64,000 nt of DNA from a bacterium (GTDB lineage: Bacteria > Bacillota_I > Bacilli_A > RFN20 > CAG-826), in the NCBI GenBank assembly GCA_963651465.1, contig CAVJPS010000009.1, positions 52,395 to 116,394 on the forward strand, given 5' to 3'. The notes under the pieces are model-generated. The model did not search any database and was not told the origin of the DNA. It saw only the letters and a program-made list of their open reading frames with translations. The translations under genes were made by a program, and so were the position numbers. This document shows positions 48,199 through 58,604 of this stretch, piece by piece. Numbering within the stretch: position 1 is the first letter of the stretch; every line of letters starts with the position of its first letter.

Positions 48199-48758
48199 TA
48201 GTCATCAACTTCCTTTATAAATTGCTCTACTAATTTCGAGTCATCTTTTTCATTAATTTCACGTTCTAGAATAGATTTAGAAGCATCTAATGCAACTGAA
48301 ACAATTTCATTATGAATATCTTCTAAGGCCTTTTTCTTAGATTGTTCAATTTCAACACTAGCTTGAAGTTTAGTTTGCTTAACTTCTTCTTGAGTATCAC
48401 TCATAATTTGATTGTGAGCTTTAATAGCATCATCTTTAGCATCGTTAATTATTTTACGTGCTTCAATTTCACTTTTATCAATGTTTTCACGAGCAATACT
48501 TTCGTGTTTAATAGCTTCAGCATTCTTTTCTTCAGCATTTTTAATATTACCTTCAACATATTTTGCTCTTTCAGTTAATATTCTTTTAACTGGTTTGTAG
48601 CCCAAAAAGATACCAGCTAAAACTAGTACTAAAAAGGCTAAAAATTGAGCGACAAATGGTAATATTCCGTTAGGGAAAATCTTGTTAATAAAATCTTGGG
48701 CATCAAAGCCTAAATCAATAAGTGATTTAACCATTGTCGATATTGTAATAATATCCAT
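48198..48758 (-). CDS. atpF: F0F1 ATP synthase subunit b
   Basis: One N-terminal TM helix followed by a long charged helix. Confidence 0.85.
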
Positions 48759-48786
48759 GTTAAAAACCCCCCTTATAAATCTAGGC

Positions 48787-49062
48787 TTAAATAGCGACTA
48801 AGAATAAAAGTAAGAATGAAATAATTAATGAGTAAATACCAGTAGTTTCAACTAAAGCACAACCAATAATCATTGTTGATCTAACTTTACCAGCAGCATC
48901 TGGGTTACGACCAATAGCTTCAACAGCTCTAGCAGTTGTAAGACCTTCACCGATAGCACAACCAGCACCACCTAAAATAGAAATACCAGCTGATAAACTA
49001 GCAATAGCTTTAACAGTGAATTCATTTGCAACAGCTTCTAATAAAACAGTTAAAAAGTTCAT
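48787..49062 (-). CDS. atpE: F0F1 ATP synthase subunit c
   Basis: 91 aa hairpin proteolipid with a conserved carboxylate helix. Confidence 0.9.
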   Translation of the reverse strand: MNFLTVLLEAVANEFTVKAIASLSAGISILGGAGCAIGEGLTTARAVEAIGRNPDAAGKVRSTMIIGCALVETTGIYSLIISFLLLFLVAI

Positions 49063-49076
49063 ATTTTTTCTCCTTT

Positions 49077-49868
49077 CTATTTATTTATTGGAGCAGCTTT
49101 TAATTCTGCTTCATCTTCCTCAGGACCTTCTTGTGCAATCAATAACATTGTTAACATTGCAAATACAAGTGTTTGAATAGCACCTGAGAATAAATCAAAA
49201 TAAGCATGGAATATTGGTGTAATAAATGGTGGAAGCACCAATATTGAACCAAATATCATGTTTGAAATGCCTTCAATAGCTGAATATAAAAGTGTCATTA
49301 AGACATATCCACCTAAAGCATTACCAAATAAACGGCATGACATACTAATCAATGGAGCCCACATAGATATAAGATTTATAGGTAAGAAAATAGCAAATGG
49401 GGATGTATATCGTTTAAAATATGCCCATTTTTGATATTTAACAGCTGTAGCATGTATCAAAATAAAAGTAACTAACGATACTGATACAGGTACCATTAAA
49501 TATTGCATTGGGTTTGCAAGCCCAGTAATTCCGATAAAGAAACAACCAAATATATAATAGAAAACAACAAATAAATAAGCACTAAATTTTTCAAAACGTT
49601 TACCCATATTGTCATAAACTAAAGAATCAATTTTAGTAACAGCAATTTCCATTAAAGCAATAATACCTTTTGGTTTCTTTAATGGGTCTACTTTACGAGC
49701 TTTAAGCCAAACAATAAAGAAGAAAACAATTCCAATAAAACATACTAAAAACGATGAATAAATTTCAGCTGGTAAACCTTTCTCAGTTGAAGAAGGTATA
49801 TTTATTGCACATGATGATAATGAAGAACAAATTAAAAACATTGAAAATATTTTAATCAATTTTTTCAT
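49077..49868 (-). CDS. atpB: F0F1 ATP synthase subunit a
   Basis: The start is placed at MKKLIK, which has an AAGGAGG RBS. Polytopic, with a conserved Arg helix. Confidence 0.85.
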   Translation of the reverse strand: MKKLIKIFSMFLICSSLSSCAINIPSSTEKGLPAEIYSSFLVCFIGIVFFFIVWLKARKVDPLKKPKGIIALMEIAVTKIDSLVYDNMGKRFEKFSAYLFVVFYYIFGCFFIGITGLANPMQYLMVPVSVSLVTFILIHATAVKYQKWAYFKRYTSPFAIFLPINLISMWAPLISMSCRLFGNALGGYVLMTLLYSAIEGISNMIFGSILVLPPFITPIFHAYFDLFSGAIQTLVFAMLTMLLIAQEGPEEDEAELKAAPINK

Positions 49869-50319
49869 TGTTTTGCTCCTCCTTACCATTATTTTCAATA
49901 GTAATACTGTTGCTAATAGTTGTGTAATCTTTTGTAACTAAACTAACAATTAATAATGTTACAATTGAAACCATATAACCAGATGCAACTAAGTACACAT
50001 TAAAAAGTTTAATATTAAAATGATTTAATAATAATGCTAATGCTATTCCTAATCCATAAAGAACAAATCTAATAAGATAATTAAAAGTTCCAGTTGCTTT
50101 TGGATGTTTAAAAGATAAAGTATGTTTTACTTGATAAACAAGAAGTAAATAACAACAATATCCAATTAAAAGCCCTAACATTAGTCCTAAAGTAATATCG
50201 TATAAACCAAAAAATACAAAAGGTATTGATAATACACTTAAGCCAATTGACACAAAAAAAGATATATATGCAGCCTTTATTTCAACAGGTGATATTTTAA
50301 TCTTTTCTTTTAATGTCAT
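49852..50319 (-). CDS. atpI: ATP synthase protein I-like small membrane protein
   Basis: 155 aa with 4 TM helices; first gene of the atp operon. Confidence 0.6.
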   Translation of the reverse strand: MTLKEKIKISPVEIKAAYISFFVSIGLSVLSIPFVFFGLYDITLGLMLGLLIGYCCYLLLVYQVKHTLSFKHPKATGTFNYLIRFVLYGLGIALALLLNHFNIKLFNVYLVASGYMVSIVTLLIVSLVTKDYTTISNSITIENNGKEEQNNEKID

Positions 50320-50576
50320 ATTAACTCCTTGGTTCTATATATCACAAATAGATACAATGCTATTTTATAATAAAATAGCTAAATTTTCATTAAAAAAAGA
50401 TTAAAAAATCTATTCTTTTACTATAAAGTTTCGAAATTGAGGAAGGTATAAAAATTTTCTATCACCCTTACGAGAAATTAGATAATAAAATGATTTTATT
50501 AAAACTTAGTGTAAGCGCTTTATTTTTATCTAAGAAATGATATAATAATAAAGCATCCGTAAAGGAGGAAAAGAAT

Positions 50577-52220
50577 ATGGATTTTACAATTAAGTATGAT
50601 GGAAAAGAAATTGTTTGTCCTAAAAAGGTTAGTTTACATTCCTTAGTTGATAAGGACCGTAAAGACGTCGTATGTGCTCTTGTTAATAACAGAGTTCGTG
50701 AATTATCATACGAAGTATATTATGATGCAACAATCAAATTTTTAACCTGTAAAGACCAACAAGCAATTCGTATCTATGAAACATCATTACGTTATATTGT
50801 TGCAATGGCAATTGAAAGAGTTTATCCAAAATTACAATTCCGTTTCAGTTACAATATTTCACGTTCTATTTTCATTGAATTCCTTGATAAGAGTATTCGT
50901 GTTGATTCTACTCTTGTAAGAAACATCAAACAAGAAATGGATAAGATTATTGAGCAAGACTTACCATTCACAAGAAAAATCGTTTCAAACGTAGAAGCTC
51001 AAAAGATTTTTGAAGATAAAGGATACACAGATAAGAGTGCTATCTTAAAATATCGTCCTGAAAAAACAGTTCACTTATATGAATGTGATGGATATCTAAA
51101 CTATATGTACGGACATATGGTACCATCATCAGGTTACCTAGCAAATTATCGTATCCGTTTATATTCCCCAGGTATTATTATTCAATACCCACGTTCTGAA
51201 TGTAATGGTGACATCCCTGATTTCAAAGACGCACCTACATTTGGTAAAACATTAAAAGCATCACACAAATGGTCACATGCTGTTGGGGCTGACTCCATTG
51301 CTGGCATTAATGACTATATTAAAAACAACAACATTGTTGATTTTATTAACTTATGTGAAGCAAAACATACAGACATGCTTTGTGAATTAGGTAATACTAT
51401 TGAAACAAACATGGATGATATTCGTTTAATTTGTATTGCTGGACCATCAAGTTCAGGTAAAACTACTTTTGCTAACAGATTAAGAACTGAATTACTTGGC
51501 CGTGGTATTAAACCAATTCGTATTTCAATTGATGACTATTACTTACCACGTGATCAAGCACCTAAAGATGAAGAAGGTAATCCTGATTTAGAAAGTATTT
51601 ACGCACTTGATATTGAATTATTCAATAAAAATATGTCTGATTTAATTAATGGTGAAGAAGTTCAATTACCTTGTTTTGACTTCAAACTTGGTAAGAGAGT
51701 TCCAGGACGTAAGTTATCAGTTGGTATGAATGAACCAATCATTATTGAAGGTATTCATGCATTAAATGATACATTAACTCCTTCAATTCCACGTCACCAA
51801 AAGTTCAAAATCTTCATTGCTCCACAAGCACAAATTAACTTAGACAACCATAACCCAATTTCTTTAACTGACTTAAGACTTCTAAGAAGACTTGTCCGTG
51901 ATAAGAAATTTAGAAACGCACCTGCTGAATTGACATTCCAAATGTGGCCATCAGTTCGTAAAGGTGAATTTACTTGGATTTATGATACACAAGAAGGTGC
52001 TGACTTCGTCTTCAACTCACTTCTTTCATATGAAATCTGTGTTATGAAGAAATATGCACTTCCATTATTACAAGGTATTGAAAAAGATAGTGAATTCTAT
52101 CCTTTAGCAGAAAGATTAATTAAATTCCTAAAATACTTTAGTGATATGGACGATGAATGGGTTCCATGTAATTCATTATTACGCGAATTCATTGGTGGCT
52201 CTTGCTACGCTGATGTTTAG
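50577..52220 (+). CDS. uridine kinase-family protein with N-terminal TGS/ThrRS-like domain
   Basis: 547 aa. P-loop IAGPSSSGKTTFANRL lies in the C-terminal PRK/Udk-like domain. RBS AAGGAGG. Confidence 0.75.
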   Translation: MDFTIKYDGKEIVCPKKVSLHSLVDKDRKDVVCALVNNRVRELSYEVYYDATIKFLTCKDQQAIRIYETSLRYIVAMAIERVYPKLQFRFSYNISRSIFIEFLDKSIRVDSTLVRNIKQEMDKIIEQDLPFTRKIVSNVEAQKIFEDKGYTDKSAILKYRPEKTVHLYECDGYLNYMYGHMVPSSGYLANYRIRLYSPGIIIQYPRSECNGDIPDFKDAPTFGKTLKASHKWSHAVGADSIAGINDYIKNNNIVDFINLCEAKHTDMLCELGNTIETNMDDIRLICIAGPSSSGKTTFANRLRTELLGRGIKPIRISIDDYYLPRDQAPKDEEGNPDLESIYALDIELFNKNMSDLINGEEVQLPCFDFKLGKRVPGRKLSVGMNEPIIIEGIHALNDTLTPSIPRHQKFKIFIAPQAQINLDNHNPISLTDLRLLRRLVRDKKFRNAPAELTFQMWPSVRKGEFTWIYDTQEGADFVFNSLLSYEICVMKKYALPLLQGIEKDSEFYPLAERLIKFLKYFSDMDDEWVPCNSLLREFIGGSCYADV

Positions 52221-52289
52221 TAAACCAAAATTAAAAGGTAACTATATTTATAGTTACCTATTTTTATTTTATTTCAATTTAAAGAAATG

Positions 52290-55073
52290 TTATTTATTGT
52301 TTATAATATCAACTGGTTTCTTTCTTAATATATTAATACATGGTATTAATGCACCAATTAGTATAGCTATAATCGTGATAACAAATATTAACCCTATTTG
52401 TTTCCATGAAAAGAATACAAACGATAATATTGAATTATTTTGTTCAATAAATACGTTATTACAAATTGTACAAACAATTAAGGAAGATATACTTGCCAGA
52501 ATAAATGTAAACAAACTAATAACACTATTTCCTAAAGCAAATACTTTTGCTAATTCTTTATTCTTTACACCCATAGACCTTAAAATACCAATTGAATGTC
52601 TAGAGTCATAAATTACTCCACTATAGTAGAAGTATACAAATACAATTGAAAATAAAATTAACACATATGATGAATATCTAAATATATCTTGAAATGAATT
52701 AGATACTTCATAGACATTATCTAACGCACGAATATATTCGGATGATATTTCATATCTACTATATAAATAATCATAGCTTTTGTATTTACCATATTTTGTA
52801 TAAATCGAATCTTGGTATTGTTTGTCTCTATATGATACTTTATTAATCATTGAATTTAAATTATTATCAACAGGTATTAGAACAAAACAATAATCATTAT
52901 AGTAATCGTATAAATCTACATAAGTTGTTTCAAACGATTTCTCGGTTAAAAAAATCGACTCCTTATTTGGATCAAGTGGATTATCTATATCGTTAATGTA
53001 TCCAACAACATTATATTGGTATTGATGTTCAGAATATAAATTGTAATTATCCTCTAAAGCAGTAGAAGTATCACTATAGTGACAAGTCAAATTACATTTA
53101 CTATTATATCCAATATTTTCTTCAATATAGTAATTAATGTAATAACTAATAAAATAATCCTTATTTCCACCTTGTTCAAGATATGGATCATAATAATCAT
53201 TATCAATAAGTATTTGCTTATAACCACCATCATCTAATATTTCACTATTACCACCTTGGCTAGCAATAACTTTTGAAGCGGTAATATAATTTAAATTAAT
53301 GTATTTTTCTAAAGCTATTTCAAATAAATCATTTGAACAAGTACATTCATTGAAAATAGTAGAAAGACATAATATCACACCATCAGTATCGCTTTTTGAC
53401 TTACCAATATAAGTGATTTCATGAGCTCCATGATATTTCACAATTTTTTTTGGCTTAAATGTCCATTTATTAACGTAAAAATAATTGTAACTTCCACCAT
53501 ACCCTATTTTAGGAAAAATAATTTCATTATCATTTTTATCACTTTTTATATTTCTCTCATAGAATCCGACATTTAAAAACAATGAATTATGTATACCATT
53601 TTCCATAAGATCACTAAATTCAGTTCCTTTTGATATTTGACTTTCAACACTAAAATCATAATCGGTTTTTTGGTAATATTTATTTCGATTTAATTTTGTG
53701 TCAACAACACCAACAATTTTGAATTTATATACTTCATCATAGTTGTTAATTAATATATTTTTGCCAAGTAAATCATCAATTGAATGAATTTGACATAATT
53801 CACTGCCATTTTTATATCCGTTTTGTTCAAACATTTCATACATATATTGAGTTATAACAGCTTCATCATCGGCTGTTGGAATTTTACCTGTAAATTCAAA
53901 ATTATATTTACTACAAAAATTTTCATCCATTTCAACAAAATCTATAACTTCAGAACTATAATAATTTTTGTAATTATTTGCTGATACTGCGTTATCAAAA
54001 TTCATAATTTTACTATTAATTCCATGATACACAATATCAACTTCACAATTTAAATCATTATTTATTCTAGTAATGTCGTCATCGTTTAATTTTTGATATT
54101 GACTCAAAGAATTTTTCCAATTATAAGTTTGAGCTTCAGTATCCCAAGTAAAATACATTTCTTTTTGCAATGTCAAATATCCAGCATTATTATCAATCAT
54201 AGATTTAGCTAAAATTAGATTTTTACTATTATTAGACATTGAGGAAGATAATGCAAAAAGAGTCAAAGCTGATAGACTCATTAAGAAAGATAAAGCAAAT
54301 CTAATTGGCTTTTTCTTAAAAAAATTAAAAGCTAAGTTACCAATAGTACTAAACTTCATTTTATATTGTTTAGTTGAATAACTATTTTGCAAATTATTTA
54401 AATTAGTTTTTACTAAGTCACTAACAATCTTTCCATCTTCTAAAGTAATGATTCTATCGCCATACTTTTCTGCAGATTCTTTATCGTGAGATACAATAAC
54501 GACTAATGTTTCATTACTTATACTTTTTAATAAATCAAAAACAATTCTACTATTTTCAGAATCTAACGCACCAGTGGGTTCATCACATAATAACAATCTA
54601 GGCTTTTTAATTAAAGCACGAGCAATTGCTACTCTTTGTTTTTGCCCACCAGAAAGTTCTTTTATCTTACGTTTTTCAAAACCTTTTAAATCTACCTTTT
54701 CTAATACTTCTTTTACATATTCAACATTAATAGCAGTATTTTGTAACTTTAAACTAATTAAAATATTATCAATTACATTATATTCCTCTAATAAATTTAT
54801 TTCTTGAAATACAAATCCTACATAATCGTTACGATATGAATCATAATCTTTAGTTTTAAAAACATTTAATGAACAATCATTAATAAACATTTCACCAGAG
54901 TCATATTTATCTAAGGTACCTAAAATATTTAATAAAGTTGTTTTACCACAACCGGATTTACCTACAATAAAAACAACTCCTTTATTTGGCAGTTCTAAAT
55001 TTATATTATTAAGTGCAAAAACATCATTACTTTTAGAATGATATATTTTGCATATATTCTTTAATGTAATCAT
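52290..55073 (-). CDS. fused ABC transporter ATPase / FtsX-family permease (MacB-like)
   Basis: 927 aa. N-terminal NBD with [17 protein letters not shown] and LLLCDEPT. Then one TM helix, a large extracytoplasmic domain of about 480 aa and a C-terminal FtsX 4-TM bundle. Confidence 0.8.
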   Translation of the reverse strand: MITLKNICKIYHSKSNDVFALNNINLELPNKGVVFIVGKSGCGKTTLLNILGTLDKYDSGEMFINDCSLNVFKTKDYDSYRNDYVGFVFQEINLLEEYNVIDNILISLKLQNTAINVEYVKEVLEKVDLKGFEKRKIKELSGGQKQRVAIARALIKKPRLLLCDEPTGALDSENSRIVFDLLKSISNETLVVIVSHDKESAEKYGDRIITLEDGKIVSDLVKTNLNNLQNSYSTKQYKMKFSTIGNLAFNFFKKKPIRFALSFLMSLSALTLFALSSSMSNNSKNLILAKSMIDNNAGYLTLQKEMYFTWDTEAQTYNWKNSLSQYQKLNDDDITRINNDLNCEVDIVYHGINSKIMNFDNAVSANNYKNYYSSEVIDFVEMDENFCSKYNFEFTGKIPTADDEAVITQYMYEMFEQNGYKNGSELCQIHSIDDLLGKNILINNYDEVYKFKIVGVVDTKLNRNKYYQKTDYDFSVESQISKGTEFSDLMENGIHNSLFLNVGFYERNIKSDKNDNEIIFPKIGYGGSYNYFYVNKWTFKPKKIVKYHGAHEITYIGKSKSDTDGVILCLSTIFNECTCSNDLFEIALEKYINLNYITASKVIASQGGNSEILDDGGYKQILIDNDYYDPYLEQGGNKDYFISYYINYYIEENIGYNSKCNLTCHYSDTSTALEDNYNLYSEHQYQYNVVGYINDIDNPLDPNKESIFLTEKSFETTYVDLYDYYNDYCFVLIPVDNNLNSMINKVSYRDKQYQDSIYTKYGKYKSYDYLYSRYEISSEYIRALDNVYEVSNSFQDIFRYSSYVLILFSIVFVYFYYSGVIYDSRHSIGILRSMGVKNKELAKVFALGNSVISLFTFILASISSLIVCTICNNVFIEQNNSILSFVFFSWKQIGLIFVITIIAILIGALIPCINILRKKPVDIINNK

Positions 55074-55094
55074 TACTAAATGCCCCTTTACATA

Positions 55095-55709
55095 TTAACA
55101 AATACTATATTTTATGCAAAGTCTTACTTTACTAATACAGAAATTTTCATTTTTATCACTATCATAATGAAGTTCAATTGATTTAACCTTACAAGCTTGA
55201 TACATAGTCAATTTAACATCATATTTTTGTAGAATAAGTGCAATTTCACTGGTTAATAATAAACCATTACTTACGAATGAAACTAATACTTCTTTTCTAA
55301 GAAGATTACTTTTATCTTTACAATAATCACTTATATCTAAAATTGTTTTTAAGTTTAATAATGGTTCGCCATATCCACTTAAATCGACAAAATATTTTTC
55401 GCAATTAGGAAATATATTAATCATTTTATCAATAATAGAAATAGCCTCATTAGAAGTCATTATCTTCCCCGTCTTAGCACTATTAAAGCAGTAACTGCAT
55501 TTCAAATTGCATGCATTACTTATTGATAAACATATATTAATAAATTTTGGCTCAAATAATTCAATGTATTCATCAACATCTAGATATCCATCAAAGAAGC
55601 ATTCATTTTCATTAAAAGAAAATTTTCCAGATGCGACATTCATATAAATATTTTCACCTAAAAAATTAAAGTAATAATTAGACACACTTTCTATCCTTTC
55701 ATCGCACAC
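55095..55709 (-). CDS. short radical-SAM domain protein (possibly truncated)
   Basis: 204 aa with CNLKCSYCFN (CxxxCxxC) and the GYGEPLL SAM-binding motif. There are only about 130 aa after the cluster motif, which is shorter than a full rSAM core. Confidence 0.5.
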   Translation of the reverse strand: MCDERIESVSNYYFNFLGENIYMNVASGKFSFNENECFFDGYLDVDEYIELFEPKFINICLSISNACNLKCSYCFNSAKTGKIMTSNEAISIIDKMINIFPNCEKYFVDLSGYGEPLLNLKTILDISDYCKDKSNLLRKEVLVSFVSNGLLLTSEIALILQKYDVKLTMYQACKVKSIELHYDSDKNENFCISKVRLCIKYSIC

Positions 55710-55953
55710 TTGTATTTGTAGTAATCAAAACCACCTTTATGCAGATACTACTAAAGAATAACACTTTAAAAAGAAAAAAACAACAACTTTTTTTATAATT
55801 TGACTTTTTATTCTATAGAATGATATTTTTCTACGATTTCATTTTTTTTTAAAATTATCGCATAAGAAAACCCAGTGAGTAAAACACTTTTATATTAAGT
55901 GTATATCACTGAGTAAATTGTGTCTTTTATACGTTTTTAAAAATATTTTCTAT

Positions 55954-56661
55954 TTATTCTTCAACCGGAGTAGCTTCTAGCTTTGCTTTACGTTTGTCTT
56001 CTTTTAAATAGAATAAAATTGCAAATACAATTAAACATATTTCTCCAAACATTGATAATAAGAATAAATAATTAAATAATCCTAGAACTGGTCCAATTAC
56101 TGAGAAAAAGAACATTAATGCTCCTGATAATAATAAATGTACATTTTTGTTCTTTTTAATTTGAATAATACCAATTACAATTAATGGAATGATTGAAATT
56201 ACATTAAATACAGTAGGGATTTTTTGAACAATCTTTGGTGTAACTTCTTTATCAACTACTAAACGAGATACTCCTGCAAGTTCAGTAACTTTGTATGTTG
56301 CTAAGAATGAATTAACAATACCAATAGCAATGAAAACACCAGTTAATACAAAGAATGTAATTTTTAAAGGCTTTTTCATTTCAATAGATTCTTCTGCAAT
56401 TATGAATAATAACGGAACAAGTCCTCCATGTAAGATGAATCTTACTCGACTGACAAACAACATTTTTTCAGCACTAATAACTGAACCTAAACTAATGATG
56501 AATGCGTCAAAAAATAATCCAAAAGTTATAATTGCTGTCATTAAAATAAATAATGATTTAGTTTTAACAAATTTATAAACTAAATAAACAAGCAATGCTA
56601 ACTCGATAACACTAACAATCCATACGACTGGTACTGTAAGTGCATTAAAAATTTTTTCCAT
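55954..56661 (-). CDS. polytopic membrane protein, unknown function
   Basis: 235 aa with about 7 TM helices and a charged C-terminus. Confidence 0.5.
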   Translation of the reverse strand: MEKIFNALTVPVVWIVSVIELALLVYLVYKFVKTKSLFILMTAIITFGLFFDAFIISLGSVISAEKMLFVSRVRFILHGGLVPLLFIIAEESIEMKKPLKITFFVLTGVFIAIGIVNSFLATYKVTELAGVSRLVVDKEVTPKIVQKIPTVFNVISIIPLIVIGIIQIKKNKNVHLLLSGALMFFFSVIGPVLGLFNYLFLLSMFGEICLIVFAILFYLKEDKRKAKLEATPVEE

Positions 56662-56726
56662 ATTTCTCTCCTTATCTCTTTCCTTTATTATACAATAATT
56701 AAAAAAAGACGGAACAATAAAAATAA

Positions 56727-56755
56727 AGACTATATAACAAAATATAGTCTTTTAG
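56727..56755 (-). terminator. terminator after the 390-aa unknown gene
   Basis: AAGACTATAT-aacaaa-ATATAGTCTT hairpin plus T-run on the minus strand. Confidence 0.65.
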
Positions 56756-56761
56756 TCTTAT

Positions 56762-57934
56762 TTATTCGATTGTTTTATCAATTTCACTACGATCATCATG
56801 GTAAATTGAATTGATTATATGTTCACTTGTAGTTTCAAACAATGTTTTTTCAATATTTAAAATCTTTTTAATTTCAGTAAGTCTAACTTCGCGCATCTTA
56901 TTATATGCTTGCTTAGTTGCATCATCACATTGTTCGTTAACAGTTTTAGCAAATAGTTCTTCTATTCTAACAAATGATTCTAAAGTGCCTACTAAGGTCA
57001 TATTAAAAAAGAATCGTTTATCACTATATACTAGTAATGGTGAACCATGGGCGATTTCACTAGAAATTTCATACCATTCATTTAAATCTTCTAATCCGGC
57101 TACATATTCAATGCCCATTCTAAAATTAATTTTAAATGTTGGGTCATCTTTTATGCCTTCAATAGCATATAACCAACCGTTTTCAATATAACGTTTCATA
57201 TCTTTACTCTTAAGGCCTAATGCTTTCATTTCGCCTTTAAGTTGTTCAAATATCTTATCTTGTTCTTGTAAATCAATAATTGAATTGCGATAAGCTAAGT
57301 TATAGGTCATATGTTTAATATATGAATCTAATGTTTCAGGATATTTATTGAGAATAATTAGAATACATTCTGTTTCGTGAACTGTACGCCAAGTAGCTAA
57401 TGCTTCAGTTTCAAATCCTTTAGAAAGAAGTTCAACAATACAATGACACATTGTAAAATATTTTAAAAATATATCATTTAATAATGTATTAGGAATTTTA
57501 CGACTTGGTAATTTTGCAAGAATTCGTAAAACATTATTTAAATATAATTCAAGGGAAGAAAGTGGTGGATAATATTTATTAGCTGTGGAAGTCATAATGT
57601 ATGATAAATGTTCTAAAGTTAAATACTTATCAATACATACATTAGACATACCAATAACAAAGCCATCTATTTGGTGAAGTAATTGAATGTCTTTTTCTTC
57701 CATATTGCGTGTTGAATACATATATTCAGCAACAATATAATTCCAAACAGCAAGTGGGTTAATTAAACTTTCACTATCAAAAACTTGATTAGTTGTAATA
57801 TTTTTAACAATTGACGTTAATGTAATGCAATAAACTTTATAAAGTAGTTCTAAGTTTGCATTATTAGGAACTGGGGATTGGCTTAATAAAAAATTAAAAA
57901 AATCACGACTTAAAAATTTGTTATCTTTTGTCAT
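56762..57934 (-). CDS. hypothetical protein (390 aa)
   Basis: Long ORF with no recognisable motif. Its start overlaps the upstream gene's stop (ATGA). Confidence 0.5.
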   Translation of the reverse strand: MTKDNKFLSRDFFNFLLSQSPVPNNANLELLYKVYCITLTSIVKNITTNQVFDSESLINPLAVWNYIVAEYMYSTRNMEEKDIQLLHQIDGFVIGMSNVCIDKYLTLEHLSYIMTSTANKYYPPLSSLELYLNNVLRILAKLPSRKIPNTLLNDIFLKYFTMCHCIVELLSKGFETEALATWRTVHETECILIILNKYPETLDSYIKHMTYNLAYRNSIIDLQEQDKIFEQLKGEMKALGLKSKDMKRYIENGWLYAIEGIKDDPTFKINFRMGIEYVAGLEDLNEWYEISSEIAHGSPLLVYSDKRFFFNMTLVGTLESFVRIEELFAKTVNEQCDDATKQAYNKMREVRLTEIKKILNIEKTLFETTSEHIINSIYHDDRSEIDKTIE

Positions 57935-58590
57935 AATGTTATCTCCTCGATTCCTATATTTTTTTCTTTTGCAATCGAATTAAGTTCTTCTTTTAACTCA
58001 TCATCAATTGTAGATTTATAAATAATTCGTTTTGCAATTGGAGCAAAAAACACTCCATTTAATAAATTACATTTATCCATTATAATAACGTGTTCACCTT
58101 CGTTACCTATTAATGAATATTTCAATTGTTCAATATCGTTTTTTAACACTGCTTTTTCATCTGGACTAATTTGCCATGTTTCAATATCGTGTTTTCTAAA
58201 AAAGTTAGGAAATAGACAATTAAATCCATTATCATCAATTAGATTAAAATCATATTCAATCCAGAAAGGAGCACTTTCATCTATTTCTTCATATAAATTT
58301 AAAAATTGAAATGAATCATTAAGGTTAACTTCTATTTCTCTTCTTAAATCTTCATTTGGTAAATGATTAGGATCAATAATTAAATCATCAAACAATAAAG
58401 TATCGTCTAATAAAGATTCAATTGCTGGATAATGAACACGACCCTTTGAATCTAATTTAATATCAATATCACCTTTGGCATACAAAAGATTTTCAAACAT
58501 CCAATCCTTTTTAATTGTTAATGCTTGAAATACGACTGCATCATTATCGGAGTATAAATCGTTAAATACTTTTAAATCTTCTGTTGCCAT
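57931..58590 (-). CDS. hypothetical acidic protein (219 aa)
   Basis: Long ORF, translationally coupled to the 390-aa gene. Confidence 0.5.
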   Translation of the reverse strand: MATEDLKVFNDLYSDNDAVVFQALTIKKDWMFENLLYAKGDIDIKLDSKGRVHYPAIESLLDDTLLFDDLIIDPNHLPNEDLRREIEVNLNDSFQFLNLYEEIDESAPFWIEYDFNLIDDNGFNCLFPNFFRKHDIETWQISPDEKAVLKNDIEQLKYSLIGNEGEHVIIMDKCNLLNGVFFAPIAKRIIYKSTIDDELKEELNSIAKEKNIGIEEITL

Positions 58591-58604
58591 AATTAATTAC
58601 TCCT

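Noticed and set aside
49077-49898. An N-terminal extension of ATP synthase subunit a with a lipobox-like LSSCA
   Set aside because: The RBS supports the internal start MKKLIK. The hydrophobic segment is probably the first TM helix or a signal anchor rather than a lipoprotein.
55095-55709. Interpreting the short rSAM as PflA/NrdG-type activase or QueE
   Set aside because: This cannot be decided from sequence alone. It has a longer N-terminal extension before the CxxxCxxC and lacks recognisable QueE or NrdG-specific motifs. It is kept as a generic, possibly truncated rSAM.
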